NCBI GenBank assembly: GCA_964391975.1
Contig: CAYMNZ010000002.1
Location: 12,708 to 76,707 of the forward strand
Origin: an uncultured Candidatus Saccharibacteria bacterium
Lineage (GTDB): Bacteria > Patescibacteriota > Minisyncoccia > Phycocordibacterales > Phycocordibacteraceae
Length of the DNA stretch: 64,000 bases
Direction: 5' to 3'
Part shown: in pieces, positions 1 to 9,921 of the stretch
Layout of the letters: every line of letters begins with the position of its first letter
How positions within the stretch are numbered: the first letter of the stretch is position 1
Position numbers and translations under genes: made by a program
Notes under the pieces: generated by a model
The model's database searches: none
What the model saw: only the letters and a program-made list of their open reading frames with translations
What the model was told of the DNA's origin: nothing

Positions 1-1
1 C

Positions 2-592
2 GAAGACTACGTCTTTCGATACGACCCTGAATGGTTCTGGGGACTTCCTGAGGGCCCACTGTATTCCCTCTTCCGCCTGCTCGCCCCGAAGAGTTTGCGG
101 AACTCCGGTTTTTACAAGCGACAGTACGCAGCCGCTGCAAAACGTGCGGCCGCAAAGGGAGTCTCGCCGCTCAAGGACGACCAGGAACATTTGATTCAGG
201 ACTGGCAGGTGCCTTGGCCTGAGGCGAAAGTCCTTCTCGACTTCGCACTATCAACCGTCGACATTCTGGGCAAGCCGTGGCTCATCACGCCTATTGTCTC
301 GCCAGGAAAAGCGACGTCGTACCCAATCAAACCTGATACGTTGTATTTCAATCTCGGGTGCTATACGTTCGCGCGTAAGCAAGCGGGCAAAGAACCCTAC
401 TACAATACGAAAGTCATGGATGCATTCTGCTTTGCGCGTGGGGGCATAAAAATGCTCTATTCCTCAACCTTCATCAGCGAAGGAGAATTCGATCGCCTCT
501 ACGCGGGAGATGCCCGCGCTACGCTCAAACAGAAATACGACCCGAAGACTCTCCTCCCTACTTTGTACGAGAAGGTCGCGCGAGCCGCATAG
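2..592 (+). CDS. FAD-binding oxidoreductase, C-terminal part (delta24-sterol-reductase-like / Rv3719-BfaA-like); 5' end truncated by window
   Basis: Open frame from nt 2 (EDYVFRYDPEWFW...) to TAG at 590-592; motifs LIQDWQVP, GGIKMLYS and LKQKYDP..LPTLYEK resemble the VAO/DHCR24-like C-terminus. Confidence 0.65.
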   Translation, partial: EDYVFRYDPEWFWGLPEGPLYSLFRLLAPKSLRNSGFYKRQYAAAAKRAAAKGVSPLKDDQEHLIQDWQVPWPEAKVLLDFALSTVDILGKPWLITPIVSPGKATSYPIKPDTLYFNLGCYTFARKQAGKEPYYNTKVMDAFCFARGGIKMLYSSTFISEGEFDRLYAGDARATLKQKYDPKTLLPTLYEKVARAA

Positions 593-593
593 T

Positions 594-1814
594 ATGAAAA
601 TCGCTATTATCGGTTCAGGAATGGCGGGATTGAGTGCCGCCTATGCCTTGCACACTCAGTGCGATATCGCCGTGTTCGAGAAAGACTCGAACATTGGTGG
701 ACATGCCCTCACCATAAACGCCGGGGAAACACGGGTAGATGTCGGTGTAAACGTCTTTAGCGAGCGCGATTACCCACAAGTCCTTGCTCTCTTCCGCCTG
801 CTTAAGGTCCCTCTTAGGAAGTGCAGTATGTCGTTTGCCATGGCGTGGGGGGACGGCAGGCTCGGGTGGTCAAGCATTGCTCCTCTGCGCCAACTCAGCT
901 TGTTCGTGAGACCAAGCACCTACTTCATGATTTTTGATTTCGTCCGTTTCTATTCCCACGTTCATACCAAAGCAATAGAGTCTAATCTAACGCTAGAGGA
1001 ATTCCTGAAGAAACATCGCTATGGAACAGCGTTTGCTCACCAACTCCTCCTTCCTATGGGATGCTCAATCTACACCTGCTCAGTAGATACGCTCTTACGT
1101 TTTTCAGCCAACACCTTCATCACGTTCTTTAAAAAGCACGGCGTCCTAGATGTGCTCCGCCTCCCTACTTGGTACAACATCCCCGGTGGATGCCGGGAAT
1201 ATCTTGAGCGCATGACTAAGTCCTTTGCATCGTCCATATACCTTACCTGTCCGGTCACACGCGTTGTGCGTGCGGCAGATGGTGTCACCGTACACAGTGC
1301 TCGAGGTGCTGAATCGTTCGACGCAGTCATCTTCGCTTGTCATCCAAACGACGCGCTCGATTTACTTGCAGACCCGACACCTGAGGAGCTTTCGGTATTG
1401 GGAGCCCTTACCTACAACCGAACTGAAGTGTGCACGCACACTGATACTTCAGTGATGCCACGAAAAAAGGAGTGCTGGGCAAGTTGGACGTACATATTGG
1501 ATGGTGTCCATTCTTCCGTACACTATTTCGTAAACCGCCTCCAGGGCCGCTCAACAAGCAATCCTGTGTTTGTAACGATAGGTCCCACTCGTCCTATAGC
1601 ATCGGAGTACCTCATTGATTCACGTAAGCTGTGGCACCCTGTTTTCGATCTTAACTTCGTCTCTGCGCAGAAAAAGCTTCCGCAACTTCAAGGAGTCCAT
1701 CAGACTTGGTACACCGGCGCGTACGCGGGTTATGGCTTCCACGAAGATGCCTTTATCAGCGGTCAGGCTGCCGCGCAAGAAATCCTTACACAGCTACCCG
1801 CGAGCGCAGAGTAA
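594..1814 (+). CDS. NAD/FAD-binding amine-oxidase-family protein (COG2907-like; usually in fatty-acid modification clusters)
   Basis: Start MKIAIIGSGMAGLSAA (GxGxxG); VDVGVNVF, WASWTY, GAYAGYGFHEDAFISG; ATG 1 nt after the upstream stop. Confidence 0.8.
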   Translation: MKIAIIGSGMAGLSAAYALHTQCDIAVFEKDSNIGGHALTINAGETRVDVGVNVFSERDYPQVLALFRLLKVPLRKCSMSFAMAWGDGRLGWSSIAPLRQLSLFVRPSTYFMIFDFVRFYSHVHTKAIESNLTLEEFLKKHRYGTAFAHQLLLPMGCSIYTCSVDTLLRFSANTFITFFKKHGVLDVLRLPTWYNIPGGCREYLERMTKSFASSIYLTCPVTRVVRAADGVTVHSARGAESFDAVIFACHPNDALDLLADPTPEELSVLGALTYNRTEVCTHTDTSVMPRKKECWASWTYILDGVHSSVHYFVNRLQGRSTSNPVFVTIGPTRPIASEYLIDSRKLWHPVFDLNFVSAQKKLPQLQGVHQTWYTGAYAGYGFHEDAFISGQAAAQEILTQLPASAE

Positions 1815-2127
1815 GAGCGTTCCCAAGCGCGATTCCCAATCCACGCGCAACCCAAAGGGCGGCAACAACCGCGAGCACCGCGAGCACCTGCACAATAAAT
1901 TCTGTGTGTACGAATGCTGCGACGAAGAAACGGAACATCGCAGCAAGGTCAAATACTGACGGCATGTTGGCGAACACTTTCGCCACCCACACCTGCTGAC
2001 CAATGCCATAGGCAGCGAGCACAAACAGAACAGGAGCAACGACGATGTCGCTTGTGAGCGGGCGGAGCATACGAATCGTATGCACCCTCCGCATAACTCG
2101 CTGTTTGATTTGGCTACTCATAGGCAT
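1786..2127 (-). CDS. small membrane protein downstream of ECF sigma (possible anti-sigma)
   Basis: 113 aa, two hydrophobic segments, overlaps the sigma-factor stop. Confidence 0.6.
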   Translation of the reverse strand: MPMSSQIKQRVMRRVHTIRMLRPLTSDIVVAPVLFVLAAYGIGQQVWVAKVFANMPSVFDLAAMFRFFVAAFVHTEFIVQVLAVLAVVAALWVARGLGIALGNALTLRSRVAV

Positions 2128-2671
2128 TGGTATCTTCTAGTGCTTGTTTAAATTGCTTCTTGGCTCGGTGCACCCGGGTCTTCACGGCAGACACGGTTGA
2201 GCCCTCTATCTCAGCGATTTCCTCCTGGGTCTTCCCCTCTATGAACTGGAGGCGAAGTACCCGCGCGCTGATGTCGGGAATCCTGGAGAGAGCGATGAGG
2301 ACTTCGCTACGAATCGAGAGGTCCTCTAAAAATTCGCTACTATCCGGGATCCTTTCATATAACTCAGGGTCTAACTCCTGGGTTACACCCCTGCTCTTCT
2401 TCAGTTTCTGGTACCGAGTGAAGCAGAGGCGGGTCAAAATAGCGTAGGCCCAAGAGGCGAAGGTTGCTCCCTCCTGCTTCTTGAACTTGTCGGCGTAGAC
2501 GTAGATGCGGGTGAAGCAGTCCTGCACCACCTCCTCTGCATCCTCTTTATTTCGCACAATGCTCTTGGCTTTCCGGAGAAACGCCTCCTCATAGCGGTCC
2601 ACCAGTATGCCGAAGTGGTCAGGGTTCTCCCTCGAGAGCGCCAGTATTTCCTCATCCTTGAGGTCATCCAT
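2114..2671 (-). CDS. ECF-type RNA polymerase sigma factor
   Basis: Region 2 DAEEVVQDCF..WAYAI; region 4 EGKTQEEIAEIEGSTVSAVKTRVHRAK. Confidence 0.9.
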   Translation of the reverse strand: MDDLKDEEILALSRENPDHFGILVDRYEEAFLRKAKSIVRNKEDAEEVVQDCFTRIYVYADKFKKQEGATFASWAYAILTRLCFTRYQKLKKSRGVTQELDPELYERIPDSSEFLEDLSIRSEVLIALSRIPDISARVLRLQFIEGKTQEEIAEIEGSTVSAVKTRVHRAKKQFKQALEDTNAYE

Positions 2672-2715
2672 GATGTCCTGTATGATACCCCTTAACCCGG
2701 TTCAGGGCATTTTTT

Positions 2716-3291
2716 ATGGCAATACTTTCCTACAACGAAATCCTCCAGAAGAAGGTCATCGTCTACAACGGCGACCCGTACAAGGTTATTTCCTCACACA
2801 TCTTCCGCATGCAGCAGAGGAAGCCAGTGAACCAGACTAAGCTCCAGCACTTGGTCTCCGGCAAGGTAACTGAAATCTCCTTCCACCAGAACGAGAGCGT
2901 TCCAGAGGCTGATATCGACACCATGAACGCGCTCTACCTCTACGCCGGGCGTGGCGAAGCGTGGTTCTGCGAGGCCGGCAATCCGAAGAATCGCTTCTCT
3001 TTCCCTGAAGAGGTTGTGCACGACAAGATTAAGTGGCTTATCTCCAACTCCCCTGTTGAAGTTCTCACCTACAACGAGAAGCCGATGACGGTAGATATTC
3101 CGGTGAAGGTTGACCTCAAGGTCACCGACGCCCCTCCTGCAGTTAAGGGAGACACGGCAACTGGCGGCACCAAGCAGGTGACGCTCGAGTCAGGCGCCAC
3201 TGTCCTCACTCCCCTGTTCATCAACGAGGGCGATATTCTTACCATCAACACCGAGACAGGCGATTACGTAGAAAGGAAGGAGAAAGCGTAA
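2716..3291 (+). CDS. efp: elongation factor P
   Basis: PAVKGDTA..TKQVTLESG..VLTPLFINEGD..INTETGDYVER. Confidence 0.95.
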   Translation: MAILSYNEILQKKVIVYNGDPYKVISSHIFRMQQRKPVNQTKLQHLVSGKVTEISFHQNESVPEADIDTMNALYLYAGRGEAWFCEAGNPKNRFSFPEEVVHDKIKWLISNSPVEVLTYNEKPMTVDIPVKVDLKVTDAPPAVKGDTATGGTKQVTLESGATVLTPLFINEGDILTINTETGDYVERKEKA

Positions 3292-3293
3292 AC

Positions 3294-3320
3294 AAAAACC
3301 GCCCTTTCGGGCGGTTTGTT
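3294..3320. terminator. bidirectional intrinsic terminator between convergent efp and rpsR
   Basis: AAAAACCGCCC-TTTC-GGGCGGTTTGTT hairpin. Confidence 0.8.
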
Positions 3321-3322
3321 CG

Positions 3323-3529
3323 TTACGCCGCGAGGTACGGCAGGAGGGCCATGTAGCGGGCCCGCTTGATTGCCATAGCAATCTTCCTCTGCTGGGCGGC
3401 ATTCACGCCGGTGCGCCTCTTGGAGAGCATCTTTGCGTGTGGATTCACGAACTGGCGGAGGTACGGAATGTCCTTCCAGTTAATGAACTTCTTGTGCTCA
3501 ATTTCCTCGCGTTCTGATTGATATGCCAT
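3323..3529 (-). CDS. rpsR: 30S ribosomal protein S18
   Basis: KRRTGVNAAQQRKIAMAIKRARYMALLPY. Confidence 0.97.
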   Translation of the reverse strand: MAYQSEREEIEHKKFINWKDIPYLRQFVNPHAKMLSKRRTGVNAAQQRKIAMAIKRARYMALLPYLAA

Positions 3530-3575
3530 AAGTCGAAGTACCTTACTCTAAAGGGAATGCCCTGTCAAAAACCTG

Positions 3576-4016
3576 TTAAAACGGAATGTCCTCCGGGTTT
3601 ATCTCCTCGTCCGGATACTGAATCTGCTCGCCGGAGTCTGCCGGACCAGATTGGTCCATGTCGTTACCAGGAGCTGCTCCCCTGCCCTCACCACCTCCTG
3701 CGCCGAACTGGAAGGTCTCAACGATAATCTCGGTGCGGTACTGCTTGGCACCATCTTTCTCCCATGAGCGGGTCTGGATGCGGCCCTCAACGAACATTGG
3801 GCGGCCCTTCTTCATGTACTGCGCAATCACCTCGGCGGTGCGGCCGAAAGCAACAACGTTATGAAATTCTGTCTGCTCCTGCTTAGCACCATTCTTATCC
3901 TTGTAGGTGCGATTGGTGGCAATAGCGAAGTTGACCACATTCTGGCCTGACGGGAGCGCTTTGAGTTCCGGGTCTCGTGTGAGGTTCCCGTAGAGCATTA
4001 CCTTGTTCAAGTACAT
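3576..4016 (-). CDS. ssb: single-stranded DNA-binding protein
   Basis: NKVMLYGNLTRDPELK; C-terminal EDIPF. Confidence 0.97.
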   Translation of the reverse strand: MYLNKVMLYGNLTRDPELKALPSGQNVVNFAIATNRTYKDKNGAKQEQTEFHNVVAFGRTAEVIAQYMKKGRPMFVEGRIQTRSWEKDGAKQYRTEIIVETFQFGAGGGEGRGAAPGNDMDQSGPADSGEQIQYPDEEINPEDIPF

Positions 4017-4028
4017 GCTCGTATTGTA

Positions 4029-4520
4029 CTACACCCCGACTTCCTTGAGAGCGGCGTCGAGCTCGGTGTCGGAAACAGGCTCCTCAGCAGCTGGCTGGGT
4101 AGCGGCCTGGCGGATCATCTCCTGCATCTCAGCAAAGTGAGCGGCCTCTTCCTTGGTCGTGCGGAGGTCGAGGAAGCGGAAAATGCGGGTCTCGGCGCGT
4201 GCAGCGTCGGTAACCTTCTGGTGTCCTACCCCATCTGCCTCATATGCAATCCAGCAGAAGTAGCTGTTATCGAAGTCGCGGCGGCCTCCGTGCTCCATGC
4301 GAGAAACGGTGTAGGCAAGTTGAATCTTCTCAGGGGTGCCCTCGGCAACGATAGAACCTGCCCCCTCCATGAGGTCGCGCATGGTCTGGTAGACCTTCTT
4401 AGCCTCCTCCTGGGCGAGCTCTGGGTCTACATGGAAACCAAGCTCGTACACACGCACCTCGGCGTGGTCAGCATCAGCTTCCTCTTCGCGCATCTCGCGC
4501 TCCTCTGTGTCTTTTGCCAT
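4029..4520 (-). CDS. rpsF: 30S ribosomal protein S6
   Basis: RVYELGF..QLAYTV..IFRFL; rpsF-ssb-rpsR gene order. Confidence 0.85.
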   Translation of the reverse strand: MAKDTEEREMREEEADADHAEVRVYELGFHVDPELAQEEAKKVYQTMRDLMEGAGSIVAEGTPEKIQLAYTVSRMEHGGRRDFDNSYFCWIAYEADGVGHQKVTDAARAETRIFRFLDLRTTKEEAAHFAEMQEMIRQAATQPAAEEPVSDTELDAALKEVGV

Positions 4521-4569
4521 AGTCGCCGTATCCTAGCACGTGCCCCTGGGGCTCGCAAATACTGAGGTT

Positions 4570-5349
4570 TTAGGCCGTAGGAAGCCTGAAGGCCCTGAGT
4601 GCGTTCCCAAGTAGAGCCTCTCGCACCACCTCTTCATCTTCCCCTCGAATAGAAGCTACAGCCTTCACCACCTCCCTGACCGCCAGTGGGTCGTTCCGCT
4701 TCCCCCGGTTGGGTGCGGGCGCAACATAGGGAGCGTCAGTCTCGGAGAGAATATTCTCGAGCGGCAGGTACTTCACCACCTCATCGTAGTCGTGCGTGAA
4801 GGTCAGCACTGCGGTGAAGGAGAAGGTAAAGCCTAGTTCAAGAAACTTCTTCGTGGTCTCAACATCTCCTACGTAGAAATGCATGTTGCCCCGCACATTC
4901 TTTCCTTTGAGCATATCGATGGCATCGAGGTACGCATCCATGCTCCCTTTTGAAGGACGGGCATGAATCATGAGCGGCTTGTCAGTATCAAGCGCCAGCT
5001 GAATATGCTTATCAAACACTTCCTTCTGTCGCGTCTTCTCATTCTCCGGCTCTTCAGGGCGGAAGTAATCAAGCCCACACTCCCCTATCGCAACGACGTT
5101 CGGGTCTTCTGCGAGTTTCCGATAGTAGCTATCGTCGTAACCTTCGCGTGGCTTGTCGTTGGGATGCAAACCCACTGCAGCAAAGAGTGTCTTGCCGTCA
5201 GCGAGTTCTACTGCCCCCCGAGAGAGGGTACTGTCGGTGCCGACGATAAGTCCACCCACTTCTGCGTCTTTCATGGAAGCCAAGAGTTCAGTACGGTCTT
5301 CGTCGTACTGAGGGAATTGTATGTGGCAGTGTGCGTCGAAATACTTCAC
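4570..5349 (-). CDS. tatD: TatD-family deoxyribonuclease
   Basis: DAHCH, GLHP, AIGECGLDY, ETDAPY. Confidence 0.93.
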   Translation of the reverse strand: MKYFDAHCHIQFPQYDEDRTELLASMKDAEVGGLIVGTDSTLSRGAVELADGKTLFAAVGLHPNDKPREGYDDSYYRKLAEDPNVVAIGECGLDYFRPEEPENEKTRQKEVFDKHIQLALDTDKPLMIHARPSKGSMDAYLDAIDMLKGKNVRGNMHFYVGDVETTKKFLELGFTFSFTAVLTFTHDYDEVVKYLPLENILSETDAPYVAPAPNRGKRNDPLAVREVVKAVASIRGEDEEVVREALLGNALRAFRLPTA

Positions 5350-6782
5350 GGAAGGCGCGGGAATAGGTTTTCGGGCTTTGTGTTCGTCTGTACCGCGGCC
5401 ATGATTGCGTTTGCAGTCGCTGGCATCAGCGGCGCCAGGTGCGCAGCAAGCTTCGCAAGGTGCACAACGAGTTTTGCAATAACAGCGCGCGCCTCTTCTG
5501 CAGTCGCCTCAACCTTAATCTTTTTGTACGGCTCCTCCGTTGTCATGTACTCGTCTCCCTTCGCAACATGCACGAAGATAAGGTCCACCGCCTCGTTGAA
5601 CTTGAACTCTTCGATAAGATTAGCGAAGGCTGGTTCTACTTCTATTTCATCGAGTGCGACTGGCGCCGATAGATGTTCCTCTGCAAGTTTCATCACGCGC
5701 GCGACCAGGTTCCCAAGTCCGTTCACTAAGTTCGCGGTGTACCACTCATCAAGGCGCTCCCAGGTAATGTCGGAATCTTCTACTGGGTGCACATGGCGGA
5801 GCAGCAAGTAGCGCGTCGCATCAGTCCCATACTTCTGCACGAGGTCGTAGGGATTGATGACGTTCCCCAAAGACTTGCTCATACGCTGACCTCCGGAGTT
5901 GATGAAGCCGTGATAGAAAACCTGGTCGGAGTTCTTTACGCCTGCCGAGAAAAGCATCGCCTGCCACATGAGTGACTGGAAGCGCACCTGGTCCTTCCCT
6001 GCCATCTGTAGCACATGCCCTCCCTCCCAGAATTTCTTGAAGTTTCCCTCTAGGTCCTCTGGCCAACCCAAGGTTGAGATGTAGCTGGTGAGCGCATCAA
6101 ACCAGACGTACATAACTTGGGAATCATCCCCTGGTACCGGCACGCCCCACGAAAGCCTGGCCTTCTCACGCGAGATACTGAAGTCCTCGAGACCCCCCTT
6201 CACAAAGGTGAGTGCCTCCTCGCGGCGCCATTCAGGAATGATGACGCTCGGGCGGCTTAGATAGGCCACGAGCCGCTCCTGGTAGTTAGAGAACTTAAAG
6301 AAGTAGTTCTCCTCGGAGATAGTCTCAGGAGTCAGCGAAGGATGGATGGTGCACTTTCCGTTCTCATCGAGCTCCTTCTCCGTCTTGTACGCCTCGCAGC
6401 CAACACAGTACAACCCTGAATAGGTCTTCTTGTAGATGTCACCTGCCGCATCACAGCGCCGCCACATCTCTTGTGCCGCTTTGTAATGAGATGGGTTCGT
6501 CGTGCGGATAAACGCGTCGTAGGAAAGGTCGAGTGCGCCTCCGAGTTTCTTGAACTCATCTGAGTAGTGGTCAACGTACGCGTGCACATCGGTTCCTGTC
6601 TTCTCTGCCGCCTGCAGTATCTTCTGACCGTGCTCGTCAGTACCTATATTGAAAAACACCTCCTCGCCCTTAAGGCGCAGGGTGCGTGCAAATGCATCAG
6701 CCTGGACAAATTCAAGTGCATTGCCGATGTGCGGGTCGGCATTCACGTACGGAAGTGTCGTCGTGAGGTAGCGTGAGCTCAT
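5346..6782 (-). CDS. metG: methionine--tRNA ligase (short form lacking C-terminal dimerisation domain)
   Basis: PYVNADPHIGN, GTDEHGQK, YVWFDAL, RMSKSLGN. Confidence 0.96.
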   Translation of the reverse strand: MSSRYLTTTLPYVNADPHIGNALEFVQADAFARTLRLKGEEVFFNIGTDEHGQKILQAAEKTGTDVHAYVDHYSDEFKKLGGALDLSYDAFIRTTNPSHYKAAQEMWRRCDAAGDIYKKTYSGLYCVGCEAYKTEKELDENGKCTIHPSLTPETISEENYFFKFSNYQERLVAYLSRPSVIIPEWRREEALTFVKGGLEDFSISREKARLSWGVPVPGDDSQVMYVWFDALTSYISTLGWPEDLEGNFKKFWEGGHVLQMAGKDQVRFQSLMWQAMLFSAGVKNSDQVFYHGFINSGGQRMSKSLGNVINPYDLVQKYGTDATRYLLLRHVHPVEDSDITWERLDEWYTANLVNGLGNLVARVMKLAEEHLSAPVALDEIEVEPAFANLIEEFKFNEAVDLIFVHVAKGDEYMTTEEPYKKIKVEATAEEARAVIAKLVVHLAKLAAHLAPLMPATANAIMAAVQTNTKPENLFPRLP

Positions 6783-6788
6783 TGAAAC

Positions 6789-7832
6789 TTACGCCTTCGC
6801 GCGCTTGCTCTTATCGAAGTCCATAAGAAACTCCTGGAACGCAGCAGCCACCGGCACCGAAAGAAGAACACCAAGGAACCCGGCGATATTGCCGCCCACG
6901 ATGATTGCGAGAATCACCATTAACGGAGGGAGACCGACGATCTTCTTCACCACGAGCGGGTAAATTAAGTTGGCCTGAAACAGGTTCATGATGAGGAAGA
7001 CTCCCGCGACGAGCACCATAAGAGTGACGCCGCCCGTTGAGAAACCAATGATGAGCGCAGGCACCGCTGCGATGAAGGAACCGAAGATAGGAATGAGTTC
7101 TGCAACAGCAGTCAGCGCAGCCAAGAGAAGCGCATAGGGCACGCCAAGGATAAGGAGCAGCAAATAGATGATGACGCCTGAGAGAAGCGAGAGAAGGAGT
7201 TGCCCCTGCATCCACTGCCCTATCTTCACGTGTGCGCGGCGCCAGAGGTTAAGCACATACGGCTCGTATTTCTGCGGGGTAACAATCTTAAGGAAGTCAT
7301 CAATGCCCGTCTCGCGGATGGCGAGATAGAAAGACAACACAATCACGAGGAGCAACGAGAAGATACCGCCGAAGAAGGAGGAGACAAGACGGAAGGCACC
7401 CTCTGAAGTGTCCGCGAATGCGGAGCGGAACGCGAAGATGGTATCGACAAGCGATGTCTGTCCTTCCGCTGCCTGCTCTGCTGCGACCGAAATAGAAGTA
7501 AGCGACGCTGGGAGGTCGAGTGTTTCAAGATACTGCGGAGCCGAAAGGAAGAACGCCTGCGTATCTTCCAAGAGTGGTGGGAGGAACACATAAACGATAC
7601 CGAAAAAGGACCCGAACAATAGAAGGTACATACCCAGAACCGCGAGCACGCGCGGAATCTTATATTTCATGAAAAAGGCCACGCCTGGCTCCACTGCCGA
7701 GGCAATCACAATGGCGGTCAGCACCAGAAGGGCGAGGTCTCGAAGGAACCACAGCAAATAGGCTGCAGTACAGATGAAGATAATCATCACTATCGTGCCC
7801 GGAGTGATGGAGACGTTTATCTGCTTATCCAT
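6789..7832 (-). CDS. AI-2E family (PerM-like) transporter
   Basis: Multi-TM; GQWMQGQ, LIPIFG, QANLIYPLV, GVLLSVPVAA. Confidence 0.88.
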   Translation of the reverse strand: MDKQINVSITPGTIVMIIFICTAAYLLWFLRDLALLVLTAIVIASAVEPGVAFFMKYKIPRVLAVLGMYLLLFGSFFGIVYVFLPPLLEDTQAFFLSAPQYLETLDLPASLTSISVAAEQAAEGQTSLVDTIFAFRSAFADTSEGAFRLVSSFFGGIFSLLLVIVLSFYLAIRETGIDDFLKIVTPQKYEPYVLNLWRRAHVKIGQWMQGQLLLSLLSGVIIYLLLLILGVPYALLLAALTAVAELIPIFGSFIAAVPALIIGFSTGGVTLMVLVAGVFLIMNLFQANLIYPLVVKKIVGLPPLMVILAIIVGGNIAGFLGVLLSVPVAAAFQEFLMDFDKSKRAKA

Positions 7833-7868
7833 AGAGGAAATAGTAGCACAGTCCGTATTTTGAGGCGG

Positions 7869-8597
7869 TTAGAGCCACCGCTCGTTTTTGAACTCTCCTT
7901 CTTCCTGATGCCCAAGATTATTGAGCCTCTTGAGGAAAAGACGAGCTGATTCTTTGTACCGTTCGAAATCCTGACCGTCCCATTTTTGCTCAGTGGGAGC
8001 ATGAAATCCTCCAAAAATATCGAGGCCGAATGGCGAGCCTCCGTAATGAAATACGTTAATGAGCCGCTCGAGTATCATCATCTTTTCTTGTGCTGTCTCA
8101 GCTTTCCAGTAGGGATTTACAATGTCTTTCTCAACAATCTCTGTATTAAACATGTTCCCTTTCCATACCTGCAGATCCATGACTGGAGCAACCGCCTTCC
8201 AAAAACGATTGATGTACCCCTCGGTACTCTGGCTTATATTGTTGATGCCCCGTACGTTGATGTCTCGCTGAAGCATGAGGTGGAGGCGAATCAGTCCATA
8301 GGCATTCAGGCGCTGTCCTTCAAGCGCAGACTTAACGCGAGAAAAAGCTTCTTTCAAGGGCTCCGATGTCTTCCCTCCGTCCTCTGCCCTCAAATCGAGA
8401 TGGGATTTACTCCACCCCGTATCGTTGCTTTTTATCTTCGCAATCCAGGCAATCTCTTCTTTTGACGTAATACCGGCACTTTTCACGAGCCCCATATCTT
8501 CATTCCCAATAAAGGCCTCGGGGCTCAGCTTCGCCGCTACTGCAGCTAGCACTTCGTGATTGGGTTGTATGGCTTTAGGAATACCTTCCTTTTTCAT
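7869..8597 (-). CDS. hypothetical protein
   Basis: 242-aa ORF filling the gap co-directionally between glyQS and the AI-2E gene; AT-richer than neighbours by eye. Confidence 0.65.
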   Translation of the reverse strand: MKKEGIPKAIQPNHEVLAAVAAKLSPEAFIGNEDMGLVKSAGITSKEEIAWIAKIKSNDTGWSKSHLDLRAEDGGKTSEPLKEAFSRVKSALEGQRLNAYGLIRLHLMLQRDINVRGINNISQSTEGYINRFWKAVAPVMDLQVWKGNMFNTEIVEKDIVNPYWKAETAQEKMMILERLINVFHYGGSPFGLDIFGGFHAPTEQKWDGQDFERYKESARLFLKRLNNLGHQEEGEFKNERWL

Positions 8598-8612
8598 ACA
8601 AGTGAAGAGACT

Positions 8613-9911
8613 CTAGAGCGCGGCGCGTAACTTCTCAACCACCGCCTCTACCGTTAGGCGCTCCTGCTCTCCCGTATTGCGGTCACGAACCGTGACTGTG
8701 CCGTCCTCGAGCGTATCGAAATCGATGGTGACACACCATGGCGTACCTATCTCATCCTGACGGCGATAGCGCTTACCAATGTTGCCGTTGTCGTCCCAGG
8801 CAATAGAAGGGTGCACCTTCCGTAGGGTCTCGCGCACTTCCCTCGCCTTGGCAACCAGCTCTGGCTTGTTCTTCAGAAGCGGAGAAACCATCGCCTTTAC
8901 CGGCGCAACCTTGGGTGCGAGCGCCAAGTACACACGCGTCTCTCCTCCAAGTTCGTCTTCGCGGTATGCAGAGGCGAGCACTGCAAGTACCGTGCGCCCG
9001 AGACCAAACGTCGGCTCAATCACGTGTGGGGTGAACTTCTCCTTCGTCTCCTCATCAAGATACGTGAGGTTCTCCCCGGACGCTTCCGCGTGGCGCGAAA
9101 GATCGTAGTCAGTGCGGTAAGCAAGACCATAGAGCTCTTTGCGTCCCATTGGGAAATCAAACTCGAAATCAATCGTGCGCTTAGAGTAATGCGCTCGGTC
9201 GTCAGCAGATACTTCAAGCTCGTGCACCGCATCCTTCTCAATACCCACTTCTTCAATCCACGCCCACATCTCTTTCCTCCAGTATTCAAAACGTTCCTCC
9301 CAGTCTGCTTCCTTGATGAAGTACTCGAACTCCATCAAATCGAATTCACGCACACGGAAGAGGAATTCGCGCGGTGCAATCTCGTTACGAAATGCCTTGC
9401 CGCTCTGCGCAATACCAAACGGCAGCTTCGGGTGGAAGGAATCGATAACGTTCTTAAAGTTTACAAACATTCCCTGTGCAATCTCGCCACGCAGGTAGCC
9501 GGTGGTCGTGCCGCCCTTTGCTGCTCCCATCTCAACCGGGAAGAGGAGGTTGAACTGCTTGGTAGCGCCGAGCTTCCCTCCACAATCTGGGCACTTCTCC
9601 CCTTCCACGTGGTCGGCACGGAAACGGTGCTTACACTTCTCACACTCAACCATTGGGTCGGTGAAGCCTTCAAGGTGGCCGGACGCCTTCCAGACTGCCT
9701 CCGGCATGACGATACTTGAATCGAGACCGTACATGTCGTCACGCGAGCTCACGAAGCGATTCCACCAGAGAGTCTCAATGTTTCTCTTGAGCGCAGCGCC
9801 CATCGGTCCGTAGTCGTACGTACCAGCAAGGCCTCCGTAAATCTCGGAACCCAGATAGACAAAGCCTCGGCGCTTGGCGAGGGCAACGAGCGTATCGAGT
9901 GAGACCTTCAT
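8613..9911 (-). CDS. glyQS: glycine--tRNA ligase (alpha2, eukaryote/archaea-like)
   Basis: KRRGFVY..SEIYGG, FRNEIAP..FRVREF, GKRYRRQDEIGTP. Confidence 0.96.
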   Translation of the reverse strand: MKVSLDTLVALAKRRGFVYLGSEIYGGLAGTYDYGPMGAALKRNIETLWWNRFVSSRDDMYGLDSSIVMPEAVWKASGHLEGFTDPMVECEKCKHRFRADHVEGEKCPDCGGKLGATKQFNLLFPVEMGAAKGGTTTGYLRGEIAQGMFVNFKNVIDSFHPKLPFGIAQSGKAFRNEIAPREFLFRVREFDLMEFEYFIKEADWEERFEYWRKEMWAWIEEVGIEKDAVHELEVSADDRAHYSKRTIDFEFDFPMGRKELYGLAYRTDYDLSRHAEASGENLTYLDEETKEKFTPHVIEPTFGLGRTVLAVLASAYREDELGGETRVYLALAPKVAPVKAMVSPLLKNKPELVAKAREVRETLRKVHPSIAWDDNGNIGKRYRRQDEIGTPWCVTIDFDTLEDGTVTVRDRNTGEQERLTVEAVVEKLRAAL

Positions 9912-9921
9912 ACCCCCGAGC

